64,000 nt of DNA from an uncultured virus (IMG/VR IMGVR_UViG_2775507110_000002) (Duplodnaviria > Heunggongvirae > Uroviricota > Caudoviricetes): the IMG/VR virus record IMGVR_UViG_2775507110_000002; one strand, given 5' to 3'. The translations under genes were made by a program, and so were the position numbers. The notes below the pieces were generated by a model. It was not told the DNA's origin. It worked only from the letters and a program-made list of their open reading frames with translations, and did no database searches. Shown here one piece after another: positions 46,722 to 57,604 of the stretch. Position 1 is the stretch's first letter. Each line of letters opens with the position of its first letter.

Positions 46722-47204
46722 ATGCCGGTCAAGAAGTACATGCGGCGCGGAACGTCGAAGTTCTACTTCCTCGAGACGATCGCCGCCGGAACGATGATCC
46801 CGACCCGTACCGAGCTCACTGCCGGCACGGAGTTCTCCGAGTTCATCGCGGCGATGGACGGCTGGACCGTCGCGAACAACGAGATCGAAACGCCGAACAT
46901 GGCGGACACCTACGACTCGACGATCCCCGGCTCGGACAAGGCCGACACCTCCACGTTCACGTTCTACGAGGACGAGGTCGACGCCGAGATCGAGGAGATG
47001 CTCGCCAAGGGCACCACCGGGTACGTGGTCATCCTCCGCAAGGGCGACGTCCCCGCGAACAACAGCATGGACGTCTTCCCGATCCGCGTCGCCTCCCAGT
47101 CTCCGCAGTACACCGCGGACAACGAGGCCGCGAAGTTCGTCGTCACCTGCTCCATCACCTCCCGGCCGGTCCAGGGCGCCCCCGTGCCCGCCGCCACGCC
47201 GTAA
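46722..47204 (+). CDS. Major tail tube protein
   Basis: PTRTELTAG, IPG, GTTGYVV, DVFPIRV. Confidence 0.85.
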   Translation: MPVKKYMRRGTSKFYFLETIAAGTMIPTRTELTAGTEFSEFIAAMDGWTVANNEIETPNMADTYDSTIPGSDKADTSTFTFYEDEVDAEIEEMLAKGTTGYVVILRKGDVPANNSMDVFPIRVASQSPQYTADNEAAKFVVTCSITSRPVQGAPVPAATP

Positions 47205-47304
47205 CTGGCCCCTCAGCTCCCGGCCGGGCCCGAGCAGTGTTCGGGAAGGGGCGCCGCACGCGCGCCCGGCCGGGTCCCCCTTCCCCTGACGGAGGAACCA
47301 CCTC

Positions 47305-47853
47305 ATGACCGCACGCACGCCCGCACCCCCGGCCGAAGCTGTTGCCGCAGACGCGCACTGGGCGGCGAAGCTCGCCAAGCTCCGCGCCCGCACCCGCCCC
47401 ACCGTCACCCTGACGATCTGCGACGACGAGGACCTCAAGAAGGCGGCCGCGACCGCCCGGTTCCTGGAGCAGCAGGCCAAGGAAGCCGCGGAGCAGAACC
47501 CGGGCGACAAGGCATCCCAGGCCGCCGCGAAGGCCGCATCCGAGCACCTGGCCGCCGCGCAGGCGGCTCTCGACGAGGCATCCGTCGAACTGCGCTTCCA
47601 GGCTCTGCCCCGCAGCGAGTTCCGCGAGCTCCTCGCCGCGCACCCGCCGACCGAGGAGCAAGCCGGGAAGGGCTACGACTTCAACCCCGACACGATGGCC
47701 CCGATCCTGATCGCCGCAGCGTCCCTGGACCCGCTCACCGAGGAAGACGCCTCCGAGTTCCTCGCCGAGTGGTCCCAGGCCGAAGGCGAGGCACTCGTGT
47801 CTGCCGCTCTCAGGGTGCAGCAGGCGGACCGCATGGACCTGGGAAAAGGCTGA
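47305..47853 (+). CDS. Tail assembly chaperone (G)
   Basis: AHPP motif; ends at GGGAAAA slippery site. Confidence 0.85.
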   Translation: MTARTPAPPAEAVAADAHWAAKLAKLRARTRPTVTLTICDDEDLKKAAATARFLEQQAKEAAEQNPGDKASQAAAKAASEHLAAAQAALDEASVELRFQALPRSEFRELLAAHPPTEEQAGKGYDFNPDTMAPILIAAASLDPLTEEDASEFLAEWSQAEGEALVSAALRVQQADRMDLGKG

Positions 47854-48215
47854 TCGAGGATGAGCAGCTACGTGCCGAACTGGAGCTGTGCCACCACCAC
47901 GGCATGCCCCACTCCCAGTTCCGGGGCATCGGCACCGGCACGTGGACTCCCCTCGACCGCGCCAAGGCCCTCGCCTACCAGGCCTACCTGCGGACCGTCT
48001 GCACGTGCGGGACACGCGAAGACGAGTGGGACCCCGACCTCGGTGGCGACCCCTACGCCTACGTCGCATCCGCACGCCGCTGCTTCGGCTGCGAAGAACT
48101 ACAGCGCGAGCAGCAGCACATTCCCGAAGGGCAGGCGGGGGCCGGCATGAAAGTCGTCCTGCTTCCCGCGTCGGTGGCCGCCGCCATGGAAGTCGCCGAA
48201 GCACTCAAAACCTGA
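47841..48215 (+). CDS. Frameshift extension of tail chaperone (T part of GT)
   Basis: G GGA AAA at 47841-47847 leads into -1 frame: RLIEDEQLRAELELC...WTPLDRAKALA. Confidence 0.8.
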   Translation, partial: GKRLIEDEQLRAELELCHHHGMPHSQFRGIGTGTWTPLDRAKALAYQAYLRTVCTCGTREDEWDPDLGGDPYAYVASARRCFGCEELQREQQHIPEGQAGAGMKVVLLPASVAAAMEVAEALKT

Positions 48216-48254
48216 CCCTGACCAGCCGCGTACTGATGGAGAGGAGGGCGACCG

Positions 48255-51200
48255 GTGGCCCACTGGAACCTTGATGTGTCCCTGCGGGGGCAGGGCGCCA
48301 GCCTGGCCAGGACGTTGCGGGCCAACGCCGGGCACGCCCGCACCCTCGCCCGGGCAACCTCCGACGCCGAACGGGAAGTCCGCCGCCTCGGCACCACCTC
48401 ACGCACCGCGCAGGGGTCCATCGCGGGTGTAGGCCGGGCATCCGACGCAGCCCGGGGCCGCCTGCAGCGCATGGCCCGCCAAGCCCAGAACGGCGCCCGG
48501 GACCTCCGCGACCTCGCCCGGGCGGCAGCCGACGCCGAACGCAACCTCAACCGGGCCGTCCGCGACATCCGCATCACCGCCCACCTCGACGACAACACCA
48601 CCACCGGCCGAGCATCCCTCCGGGCCGCCCTGGCAGACATCCAGGCCCTGTCCCCGGTCCGGATCCGCGTCGACTTCGACGGCGACCCCGCCCAGATCGC
48701 AGCGACCGCCGCGGCTATGCGGGACATTCACTCCAACGCAGACCGCACCAACACCGCCCTGGGTGGGCTGACCAACCAGAGCGCGGCCGCCGCCATGGCC
48801 CTCCGTGCAGCCGAAGGCGCCGCGCGCGACCTCGCCCGGGCGCTCCGGACCCTCCGCGCCCGGGCCGAAGCAGCCGCGAACGCCCTCGATGACATCGGCA
48901 CCCGGGCAGCCGCCGCGGCCGCCGGGTTCCGTACCCTCGGCACGGCCGCCGGGGACGCCAACACCAACCTGACCACCCTGTCCGGGAACAGCCGCACGCT
49001 GCGCAGCGACATGGACGACCTGGACGGCACCCTCACCCGGGTCACCGGCCGACTCGGCGGCCTCAACGGCACCCTCGGCACGGTCAGCAACTCCACCAAC
49101 AGCACCGCGGGCAACACCAAGAACCTCATCATGGCCGCGGTCGCCCTCGGCACCGCGCTCATCCCCATCGCCGCAGCCACCGCCCCGATCGCCGCCGGCC
49201 TCACCGCATCCGGTGCCGCGGTCGGCGCGTTCGGTGTCGCGGTGGCCGGGCAGATCGTGGCCCTGACCGAAGCGGTCGAGGCGGAGACGAAGTACCAGGA
49301 CGCGATCGACGAGCACGGCAAAGCGTCCGAGCAGGCCGCCGAAGCCGAAGCCGCCTACCTGCGGGTCCTCGATGAGATGCCGCCCGCAGCCCGGGAGACC
49401 GCTGCCGCGTTTGCCGTCGTCAAGGACGAGTACAACGACTTCTCCGACGCCCTGGCCGGCGACACGATGCCCGTCGTCACCAAGAGCATGGGCTTGTTCC
49501 GGGCAATCCTCCCGGACCTGCCCCCGCTGGTCCGCGGTACGTCGAAGGAGCTCGACCGGCTCCTCAACGTCGCCGCCGGCGGAATGACGACACCCGGCTG
49601 GGACCGGTTCGTCGCGAGCTTCACCCGGTTCGCCACCGAGTCCCTCGCCCGCGGCACCACCCACCTGGTCAACTTCACCCGCGCCCTCAATAACGGGGAG
49701 GTCGGCGAAGACCTGCGGGAGTTCCTCGACTACGCCCGCGCAAACGGGCCCCTCGTCGGCGACACCCTGATGAACCTGGCCAGGGCCGCCACCACCCTCC
49801 TCGTCGCCGCCTCCGACATGGGCGTCGGCATCCTCCAACTCGTCAACATCTTCGCCCAGCTCGTCGCCTCGGTGCCCCCTGAGTTCCTGTCGGTCCTCCT
49901 GCAGCTGTACACCGGGTTCAAGCTCGTCACCCTCGGCGCCGCAGCCCTCGGCGCGGTCACCGGATCCGCCGCTGCCGCACGCCTTGCTGCGTACTTCGCC
50001 ATCATGCGCGCCGCAGGTGTCAGCACCACCCTGCGGGCCACCGCGGCGAGCATGACCGGCATGCAGAAGGCCGCCGTCGGCCTCGGTGTCCTGGCCGTCG
50101 CCGCAATCGGTGTCGCGAAGCTCGCCGAGAACGCCCGCGGGGCCCCGCCGGACGTCGACCGGCTCACCACCAGCCTCAAGCGCCTTGCCGAGACCGGCGA
50201 GTTCGGCGGCGAGCTGAAGAAGACGTTCGGTGACGTGTCCGGCCTCGTCGACAAGATCGGCGAGATCGGCGATGCCGCCCAGGAGAACGAGGACTACGTC
50301 AAGTCGTTCGGGAACAGCGGCATCGGCCCCCTCGACGCGCTCCGCAGCAAGGCCAACGACCTCTGGCAGGACTTCACCAAGGGCGAGAAGTCCCTCACCG
50401 CCCTGGAAGACGACTTCGGAGCCCTCGACGAGGCCATGGCCGGCATGGTCCAGTCCGGATACGGCAAGCAAGCCGCTTCCGACTTCGACCTGATCGAGTC
50501 GGCTGCGAAGAACGCCGGCTACACCACGAAGGAAGTCGCCGACCTCTTCCCCGCCTATCAGGCTGCCGTGGCCGCTGCGGCTGCCGAGCAGGAACTCGCC
50601 ATCGCCGGGATGGGCCTGTTCGGGCAGCAGGCCGCCGACGTCAAGACGAAGCTCGACGAGCAGCGGGCCTCCGCCGACGGGCTCCGCGGCGCGATCCAGG
50701 CCCTGAACGACGTCAACCGGGCCGCCCTCGGCGGGATGATCGGTTTCGAGGCGGCAATCGACACCGCGGCGAAGGCGGCGAAGGAGAACGCCGGCGCCCT
50801 GAACATGGTCAACGGGCAGCTCGATCTGAACAGCCCCAAGGCTCAGGCCGCCGCGACTGCTCTGCAGGATCTCGGAGCGAAGACCGACGAGGCTGCCGCC
50901 GCGGCCCGGGCATCCGGGCAGCCGTGGGAAGACGTCAACGCGATCTACGAACGCGGCCGGTCGAAGATCGTCGAGTACGGGCAGCAGATGGGCCTCACCA
51001 AGGCCGAGGCCCGCGCCCTGGCGCAGAGCATCCTCGAGATCCCTGCCGACCGCAGTACCGACATCACGATGCGCACCGAGGACGCCATCGCCGGGCTCGA
51101 CCAGGTCATTGCCGCGATTAAGGCCACCCCGGGCAGCAAGTCCGTCACGGTCGACGCCCTCACCTCGGACGCCATTGCCCTGCTCAACAGTCTCGGCTAC

Positions 51201-52778
51201 AAAACTGAGACGCTGCCCGACGGCCGAGTCAAGGTCACTGCGAACACCGGCAGCGCCCTGTCGGGTCTATGGGCGGTGAAGTCGGCCCGGGACAGCCTGT
51301 CCGACAAGACGATCACGATCACAACGAACTACCGGGTAACTGGCAGCTCGGCTCGTCGCGAGGGCGCGTACGGGTCTCAGCTCCGGGAGGCCGACGGCGG
51401 GGTAGTCGACTACTACGCCGACGGCGGTATCCGCAGCCGTACCGTCCAGCACTTCGCCTCCGGGTCCGAGAACCATGTCGCGCAGATTGCCCCCGCCGGC
51501 GCGATGCGGGTGTGGGCCGAGCCCGAAACGATGGGGGAGGGCTACGTCCCGTTCGCCCCGTCGAAGCGACCCCGCTCCCGGGCCATCACCGAGGAGATCG
51601 TGCGGCGCCTCGGAGGCGACCCCAACGCGATCCAGTGGAACGCGGACGGCAACGTCACCGACTGGCGGTACGACCCCACCAGCGGGTCCCTGTACTCCCC
51701 GACGGACGCCGGGCAGGCCGGGCACAAGACCAAGAAGGTCAAGGTCAAGGGCGGCAAGACCAAGGAAGTCGAATACTTCTCCCTGGCCGCGGTCGAGAAG
51801 CAGCTCAAGGCCAACAGCAAGGCCACTCAGGTCTGGAACAAGGACCTGGAGAAGGTCGCCGACCGGGTCGGTGGTGACGTCGCCGACGCCCTCGCCGCGA
51901 TGGGCAAGGACGGTGTGGCCCTCGCGAAGAAAATGGCGAACGGGTCGACGAAGTACATCAACGAGATGGCGGCCGCCCTCCGCGGCCTGTCCGCTACCGC
52001 GAAGGCCAGCCTGACGGACTACACCCGGCAGCTCGACAAGGCCACCGGCGCCGACAGTGCGTTCACGAAGAACCTCGCGACGCTGGCGGCCCGCGGGTAC
52101 GGGGACCTCGCCAAGCAGCTCGCCGCCCAGGGCGACACCGCCGCACAGCAGCTCGCCGCCGCCGCGGTGAAGGACAACAAGAAGGCCAGCAGCGCGAACA
52201 CCGCGGCGCAGAAGGCGAACAGCGCCCTCACGAACGACGAGGTCGACCAGCTCATCGCCATCATCGCCGCGATCAAGACGAACAAGACCGGCATCCACAA
52301 CGTCGCCGACACCACGGGGCTCGGCGAGGACGCCATCATCGCCACCGCCACGAAGGCCCAGTCCCAGATCAAGGCGTCCCTCGGCTCGAGGGCGTCGAAG
52401 TTCATCGCGGACTTGGCCCGCGCGAACAAGGGGCTCAGCTACGAGAACGGCGGGATCCGGGAGGGCATCTACGCCACCCGCGGCGGGGCCGTGACGTTCG
52501 CCGAGCCGGCCACCGGCGGCGAGGCGTACATCCCCCTCGGGGCGAGCAAACGCGGCCCGGCCACGAACGTCCTCCGCGACGTGGCCGCCCGGTTCGGGGT
52601 CGGCCTCACGGACGTATCCGGCAGCCGCCCCCTCGTCATCGTCCGCGAGGGCGGCGACACCAACGTCAACGTCACCACGGTCCGCACCGGCGCCACAGCG
52701 TCGGACATCGCATCCCAGGTCGGACGCCAGGTCCGCAGGGCTCGCAGGGGAGGGGTGAACGCCCGTGCCGCCGCTTGA
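48255..52778 (+). CDS. Tape measure protein
   Basis: 1507 aa Ala-rich helical protein after chaperones; ADGG...EPETMGEGYVP motifs. Confidence 0.93.
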   Translation: MAHWNLDVSLRGQGASLARTLRANAGHARTLARATSDAEREVRRLGTTSRTAQGSIAGVGRASDAARGRLQRMARQAQNGARDLRDLARAAADAERNLNRAVRDIRITAHLDDNTTTGRASLRAALADIQALSPVRIRVDFDGDPAQIAATAAAMRDIHSNADRTNTALGGLTNQSAAAAMALRAAEGAARDLARALRTLRARAEAAANALDDIGTRAAAAAAGFRTLGTAAGDANTNLTTLSGNSRTLRSDMDDLDGTLTRVTGRLGGLNGTLGTVSNSTNSTAGNTKNLIMAAVALGTALIPIAAATAPIAAGLTASGAAVGAFGVAVAGQIVALTEAVEAETKYQDAIDEHGKASEQAAEAEAAYLRVLDEMPPAARETAAAFAVVKDEYNDFSDALAGDTMPVVTKSMGLFRAILPDLPPLVRGTSKELDRLLNVAAGGMTTPGWDRFVASFTRFATESLARGTTHLVNFTRALNNGEVGEDLREFLDYARANGPLVGDTLMNLARAATTLLVAASDMGVGILQLVNIFAQLVASVPPEFLSVLLQLYTGFKLVTLGAAALGAVTGSAAAARLAAYFAIMRAAGVSTTLRATAASMTGMQKAAVGLGVLAVAAIGVAKLAENARGAPPDVDRLTTSLKRLAETGEFGGELKKTFGDVSGLVDKIGEIGDAAQENEDYVKSFGNSGIGPLDALRSKANDLWQDFTKGEKSLTALEDDFGALDEAMAGMVQSGYGKQAASDFDLIESAAKNAGYTTKEVADLFPAYQAAVAAAAAEQELAIAGMGLFGQQAADVKTKLDEQRASADGLRGAIQALNDVNRAALGGMIGFEAAIDTAAKAAKENAGALNMVNGQLDLNSPKAQAAATALQDLGAKTDEAAAAARASGQPWEDVNAIYERGRSKIVEYGQQMGLTKAEARALAQSILEIPADRSTDITMRTEDAIAGLDQVIAAIKATPGSKSVTVDALTSDAIALLNSLGYKTETLPDGRVKVTANTGSALSGLWAVKSARDSLSDKTITITTNYRVTGSSARREGAYGSQLREADGGVVDYYADGGIRSRTVQHFASGSENHVAQIAPAGAMRVWAEPETMGEGYVPFAPSKRPRSRAITEEIVRRLGGDPNAIQWNADGNVTDWRYDPTSGSLYSPTDAGQAGHKTKKVKVKGGKTKEVEYFSLAAVEKQLKANSKATQVWNKDLEKVADRVGGDVADALAAMGKDGVALAKKMANGSTKYINEMAAALRGLSATAKASLTDYTRQLDKATGADSAFTKNLATLAARGYGDLAKQLAAQGDTAAQQLAAAAVKDNKKASSANTAAQKANSALTNDEVDQLIAIIAAIKTNKTGIHNVADTTGLGEDAIIATATKAQSQIKASLGSRASKFIADLARANKGLSYENGGIREGIYATRGGAVTFAEPATGGEAYIPLGASKRGPATNVLRDVAARFGVGLTDVSGSRPLVIVREGGDTNVNVTTVRTGATASDIASQVGRQVRRARRGGVNARAAA

Positions 52779-53667
52779 GCTCACGGACTGGCAGTACGAA
52801 CTCGGCGGCGTCCTCATGGGCGCCGGAACACCCATCCAAGTCCTGGAGACCACGGGTCTCGGCCGGCCCCCGGTCCGGGACGCCGACGTCGACCAGCCGT
52901 CCATGGACGGGGCCTTCGCAGGCCCGGACTACTACGCGGCCCGGCAGGTCCAGATCGACGCCGCGATCCGCATCCCCGGCGACCCGGCAGCGTGCCACGA
53001 CGTGGTGGCCGCCCTCCAGGTTGACGCCGACGACCCCGCGGTCCGCCTCGCCGGTGGGGTGACGATGCCGCTGCGGATCCTGCGCCCGGGCCGCCCCGTG
53101 AAACGCCTCGACGGCCGGCTGCGCCGCGTCGACCCCGAGTACAAGCAGGTCATCCACGGCTACGTGCCCCTGGACATCGAGTTCATCGCCACCGACCCCG
53201 GGTTCTATGCCGACGAGGAGACCACCACGGAGATCCCTCTCGGCTGGCTCACCGGTGGCGGGTTCGCGGCCCCCGTCGTCGCCCCGATCTTCGTGCAGTC
53301 CGGGACGACCGCCGCGGACCGGCCCGGGTGGGCGCACAACCAGGGCACCGGGAACGCGTGGCCGGTCATCCGCATCACCGGGCCCGTCGCCAACGTCAGC
53401 GTCATTCACTCCACATCCGGGCGCCGCCTCGACCTGCCCACCCTCAACCTCACCGCAGGCCAGTGGGTGGAGATCGACACCCGGCCCGGCTACCGCACCG
53501 TCACCCGGGAGAACGGCGGCAACGCCTCCGCACTCCTGTCACCCGCATCCCGCATCGACCTCTTCAGCCTGCCGCCCGGCCAGTCCGAGTTCCGGTGGAC
53601 AGGGTTCGACAACACCAACTCGTCCCGTCTCCGCCTGACCTGGCGCGACGCCTACACCGCCCTCTGA
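52765..53667 (+). CDS. Distal tail protein
   Basis: Follows tape measure; FIATDP.FY, N.G...AWP.I.ITGP, LPPG. Confidence 0.8.
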   Translation: MPPLELTDWQYELGGVLMGAGTPIQVLETTGLGRPPVRDADVDQPSMDGAFAGPDYYAARQVQIDAAIRIPGDPAACHDVVAALQVDADDPAVRLAGGVTMPLRILRPGRPVKRLDGRLRRVDPEYKQVIHGYVPLDIEFIATDPGFYADEETTTEIPLGWLTGGGFAAPVVAPIFVQSGTTAADRPGWAHNQGTGNAWPVIRITGPVANVSVIHSTSGRRLDLPTLNLTAGQWVEIDTRPGYRTVTRENGGNASALLSPASRIDLFSLPPGQSEFRWTGFDNTNSSRLRLTWRDAYTAL

Positions 53668-53677
53668 GGAGCGCACC

Positions 53678-54613
53678 ATGCCGCTGTACCAAGTGCCGAT
53701 CCTCACGGACGGCGCCACCCACTCCGCCGAGCAGTTCCGGGCCATGGTCCAGGACCTCGCCCGCGGCGCGGAGGGCATCACTGCGGGCACCGACCTGAAG
53801 GTCACTCAGCTTGGAACGCCTGGGACCGGGGTGCAGGTGGCCAGCGGGTCCGGGGTCGTCCGCGGTCGCGTCAACGCGTTCCAGGGCAGCTACGCCGTCC
53901 GCAACCAGGGTTCCGACACCGTGGACATCGCCTCGACCGGCGGGTCGCCGCGCTCCGACATGCTGATCCTGCGCGTCGAGGACCCCCAGTACGAGGGGAC
54001 GCTGAACCCGGAAGTCGACGACATCAACTACTTCCAGGTCATCTCGAACGTGTCCTCGTCCGCCACGGCGATCCCCGACGGGCGCACCGGTATCCCACTG
54101 GCCCGGATCGACATTCCCGCATCCACGTCCACGATCACCAACGCCATGATCAAGGACATCCGGAAGGTCGCGAATCCCCGCCGCGAATCCCGTCTCCTCA
54201 CCCAGTCACCGGCCACCGCCTCCACGGCGATCACCGGCAGCAGCCTGGTCTACTCCTATTTCTCCACCGCCGCCGGGTGGAGCATCGCCATCCCCAGCTG
54301 GGCCACCACCATCCGGGCGAAGATCGACGTGGCCGGGCTTCGCCTCCTCGTCAACCCCTTCTACGGTGTCCTCCGCGCAACCTTCGGGGCATCCCTCATC
54401 CTTCAGGCCACCACCCTCGACGACAACCAGTCCGGCACCCGCCGCATCAACAGCCTCGTCGCCGACACCCTCACCATCCCCGACGCCTACCGCGGCACCA
54501 CCCAGCTCCTGCGCCTCCAGGGCGCCGGAGCCACGGGCAACACCGGACAGATGCAGGTCGACGCCGCCGCGATGCTGACCGCCCAGGTGGAGTTCGAGGA
54601 GGCGCCCCGGTGA
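53678..54613 (+). CDS. Minor tail protein
   Basis: LKVT, PRSD.LILRVEDP, IPLARIDIPA. Confidence 0.75.
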   Translation: MPLYQVPILTDGATHSAEQFRAMVQDLARGAEGITAGTDLKVTQLGTPGTGVQVASGSGVVRGRVNAFQGSYAVRNQGSDTVDIASTGGSPRSDMLILRVEDPQYEGTLNPEVDDINYFQVISNVSSSATAIPDGRTGIPLARIDIPASTSTITNAMIKDIRKVANPRRESRLLTQSPATASTAITGSSLVYSYFSTAAGWSIAIPSWATTIRAKIDVAGLRLLVNPFYGVLRATFGASLILQATTLDDNQSGTRRINSLVADTLTIPDAYRGTTQLLRLQGAGATGNTGQMQVDAAAMLTAQVEFEEAPR

Positions 54614-55710
54614 CCCCGGGCCGGGTCCTCACCCAGCACGCGCTGACCGGGGCGTGGCTGTCCACGGCCCTGCCGCTGGGGGATCTGGAGTACGGGCCGG
54701 AGCTCAACGGCCCCGGCAGCCTGTCCGGGACCCTGTCACCCCGGCTGCTGTCGCAGAACCCCACCCTCATCAGCCCGGGCACCACCCTCATCTACGTCGA
54801 GGAAAACGAGCAACTGCGCTGGGGCGGCCTGGTGTGGCACTTGGAGATGCAGGGCGACAAGCTCGCCCTGGAAGCCGCGTCGTGGTCGTCGTACCTGCAG
54901 AAGCGCCGCGATCTGGATGGCAACTACGGGGGCCGCGGGCCGTACGTGTACGCCGACCCGTGCACCGTGGTCCGGGACATCTGGGCGTACGCGCAGTCCA
55001 TCCCCGACGGGAACCTTGGTGTCACCGTCGACTCGACCACCTCAACGGCGAAGGTCGGCACCCCCGCCGAGCCGCTCGCGTCCCCGTTCTGGGAGAAGCC
55101 CGTCCTCGGGGAGGCCGTCGACAACCTCGTCTCCGGTGAGGCCACCCCCGACTACACCTGCGACGTCGCCTGGAACACCGGCAAGACCGCCCCCGTCCGC
55201 CGGGTCCGCCTCGGCTGGCCGCGCCTCGGGGCCCGCCGCACCGACATTACTTTCTCCTCGGGCGTGAACATCATTGAGGACCCCCCGGTGTCGATGGCCG
55301 CCGACGACTACGCCCAGGTCGTCATCGCCACCGGCGAAGGCGACGGCTCCGCAAAACCGTCAGAGATCTCCGCGGTGCGCAACGGTCGGCTGCGCCTGGA
55401 GCACCTCATCGACATCCCCGACGTGAAAGGCCGCGACATCCTCGCCTCCCGGGCCGCGGCCGAACGGGCCCGCCGGCAGAACCTCGGCTCCGTCGACCAG
55501 ATCACCATCCGCAACACGAGCGCCGCACCGTTTGGGTCGTGGCAGGTCGGCGACGACGTGTACACCCGCGTCAACAACGCCTGGACCTCCTATGTCGGGT
55601 GGCGGCGCATCACCGGGTGGCGTATCCAACCGCACGCCAACGGCGGGCCGCGCGCCGTCGTCGACCTACAGCCCGCCGACGCGTTCCAGTACGGAGGTGT
55701 CACCTCGTGA
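54610..55710 (+). CDS. Minor tail / baseplate hub protein
   Basis: LNGPGSL, WGGLVW, PRLGARR, F..GVNI, VGDDV. Confidence 0.75.
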   Translation: MTPGRVLTQHALTGAWLSTALPLGDLEYGPELNGPGSLSGTLSPRLLSQNPTLISPGTTLIYVEENEQLRWGGLVWHLEMQGDKLALEAASWSSYLQKRRDLDGNYGGRGPYVYADPCTVVRDIWAYAQSIPDGNLGVTVDSTTSTAKVGTPAEPLASPFWEKPVLGEAVDNLVSGEATPDYTCDVAWNTGKTAPVRRVRLGWPRLGARRTDITFSSGVNIIEDPPVSMAADDYAQVVIATGEGDGSAKPSEISAVRNGRLRLEHLIDIPDVKGRDILASRAAAERARRQNLGSVDQITIRNTSAAPFGSWQVGDDVYTRVNNAWTSYVGWRRITGWRIQPHANGGPRAVVDLQPADAFQYGGVTS

Positions 55711-57314
55711 CCTACGACATCGGTCGCACACTCGCCGACCTCGAACGCCGCCTGAAGAACGTGGAAGCCCAGTCCCGGCTGAAGTCTGCGTCCCTCGACG
55801 ACACCGCACTCGTCGTCCGGGACAGCACCGGATCGCTGCGGGGCATCGTCGGCCAGCAGGGCGACGGCACCACCGCCGTCACCATCGTCAACGGCGGACC
55901 GCCGCCGACACCGGCCACACCCACCGCCGCCCCAGCACTCGGTGGCGTCTCGGCCGGGTGGGACGGCCTGTTCGCCGACGGCGCGGTCATCCCGCTGGAC
56001 TGGGCACGGGTCGAGGTCCACGCCTCACCCACCAGCGAGTTCACCCCGGACGCCGAGTCTCTCGTCGCAACGATCGAAACAGCGCAGGGCGGCATCGTCT
56101 ACATCCCCGCCACCACACCCCAGTACGTGCGCCTCCTGGCCCGCAACACCTCCGGCACCGCGTCGCCCCCGACAGCCCAAGTCGGCCCGTACACGCCGAA
56201 GCCCGTGGCGGGGGAGATCGGCATCGGGGAGATCACCAGCACCCTGATTGCCGACGGGGCGATCACCACCCCCAAGGTCTACGCGAACGCGATCACAACG
56301 GGGCTCTTGGCCGCCGGGGCGGTCGACGCCGTAGCGCTGAAAGCCGACGCCATCACCGGTAAAACCATCACCGGCGGCGTCATCAACGGCGCCGAGTTCC
56401 ACTCCGACGACGGCGCCGGCGGACTCGTCGACATCGAAAGCGGCACCGTCCTCACCACCGCATCCACCGGATGGCAGATCGCCATCGACCCCAGCAAGCC
56501 CCAGCCCGCCGTCGTCTGGCTCAACGACACCGGCGTCATCGCTGGAGAGATCAACGGCATGGGCGACTCCACCCGCCCCGGCCTCGTCCTGTCCTCCGGG
56601 CCGTTCACCGACGGGGCCGTCACCGACTGGCGGTGGGCAACCCGCTCCGGAGCCGACGGGGCCATCAACGGATGGCGCACCGGGAGATTCCGCGAGTCCG
56701 ACCAGAACACCATCCTCGGCGGCTACATCAACCTTGCCCCCGACAAAGCCACCATGGCCTGGATCGACACCGCCAACGCCGCCACGAACACCATCCTGCA
56801 AATCACCCAGGGCGTGTTCACGTTCGACGAGGGCCGGTTCGTGATCGAACCTCCGGTCTCCTCGAACTCCTCGCTCTGGGTTGCCGCCAAAAGCGGACAC
56901 ACTGGCCGCCTGATCCGGGCTCAGGTCAACTCCGTCGACCAGTTCGCTGTCACCGCGGCCGGAGCAGTCACCGCAGCCGGATCCGTCACCGCCGCAAGTT
57001 TCACCACGACCGGCGCGATCACCGCAGCAGGGGTACTAACCGCCGGGAACATCGCCGCAGGCAGCGTCGCCGTCACCCCCTCCGGAGCGAACACCCCCAC
57101 GTCCGTGTCCGTCTCCGGACTGTCCGTCCAGGGCACCAGCTTCCGCGCCTTCGTCTCCATCGCCAACCCCGCCCCCGGCTACACCGCCAGCAACAACGGC
57201 GTCACCGGCGTCGGCTTCACCAACCTCACCTCCAGCGGCCTCACCATCTGGGCCACCCGCCAGAACACCACCGCCCTCACCGTCCACTGGATGGTCATCG
57301 GCATGAACGCCTAG
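55707..57314 (+). CDS. Tail fibre / receptor-binding protein
   Basis: Coiled N-terminus, FN3-like segment, AIT repeats, C-terminal VHWMVIG domain. Confidence 0.75.
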   Translation: MTYDIGRTLADLERRLKNVEAQSRLKSASLDDTALVVRDSTGSLRGIVGQQGDGTTAVTIVNGGPPPTPATPTAAPALGGVSAGWDGLFADGAVIPLDWARVEVHASPTSEFTPDAESLVATIETAQGGIVYIPATTPQYVRLLARNTSGTASPPTAQVGPYTPKPVAGEIGIGEITSTLIADGAITTPKVYANAITTGLLAAGAVDAVALKADAITGKTITGGVINGAEFHSDDGAGGLVDIESGTVLTTASTGWQIAIDPSKPQPAVVWLNDTGVIAGEINGMGDSTRPGLVLSSGPFTDGAVTDWRWATRSGADGAINGWRTGRFRESDQNTILGGYINLAPDKATMAWIDTANAATNTILQITQGVFTFDEGRFVIEPPVSSNSSLWVAAKSGHTGRLIRAQVNSVDQFAVTAAGAVTAAGSVTAASFTTTGAITAAGVLTAGNIAAGSVAVTPSGANTPTSVSVSGLSVQGTSFRAFVSIANPAPGYTASNNGVTGVGFTNLTSSGLTIWATRQNTTALTVHWMVIGMNA

Positions 57315-57322
57315 GAGTACCC

Positions 57323-57604
57323 GTGACCGCCCAAGAGGACTATGGCGACGACTTCCCGCCGTCCGTGCAGCTCATCGCCGTCTGCCACACCCCCGACTGC
57401 CCCGTCGAAGACCAAGCGTTCGAGGGCACCTACTACCCGTACGGGAACTACAACCCGCCCCGCTACATGGGCCAGTGCGGCCGCTGCGGGCAGCCCTACA
57501 CCGACCTGCGCCCCGCCCCCACGCCGGCCGAGCCCGCACCGGACCCGGACCCCGAAACACCCACACCCACCCCCGTCGAACCGACCACCCCGGACACCCC
57601 GTGA
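57323..57604 (+). CDS. Small Cys protein, Pro-rich tail
   Basis: AGGAG RBS; CHTPDC...CGRCG. Confidence 0.65.
   Translation: MTAQEDYGDDFPPSVQLIAVCHTPDCPVEDQAFEGTYYPYGNYNPPRYMGQCGRCGQPYTDLRPAPTPAEPAPDPDPETPTPTPVEPTTPDTP

Noticed and set aside
55707..57314. Diversity-generating retroelement targeting the tail fibre
   Set aside because: No reverse transcriptase and no TR/VR repeat pair seen
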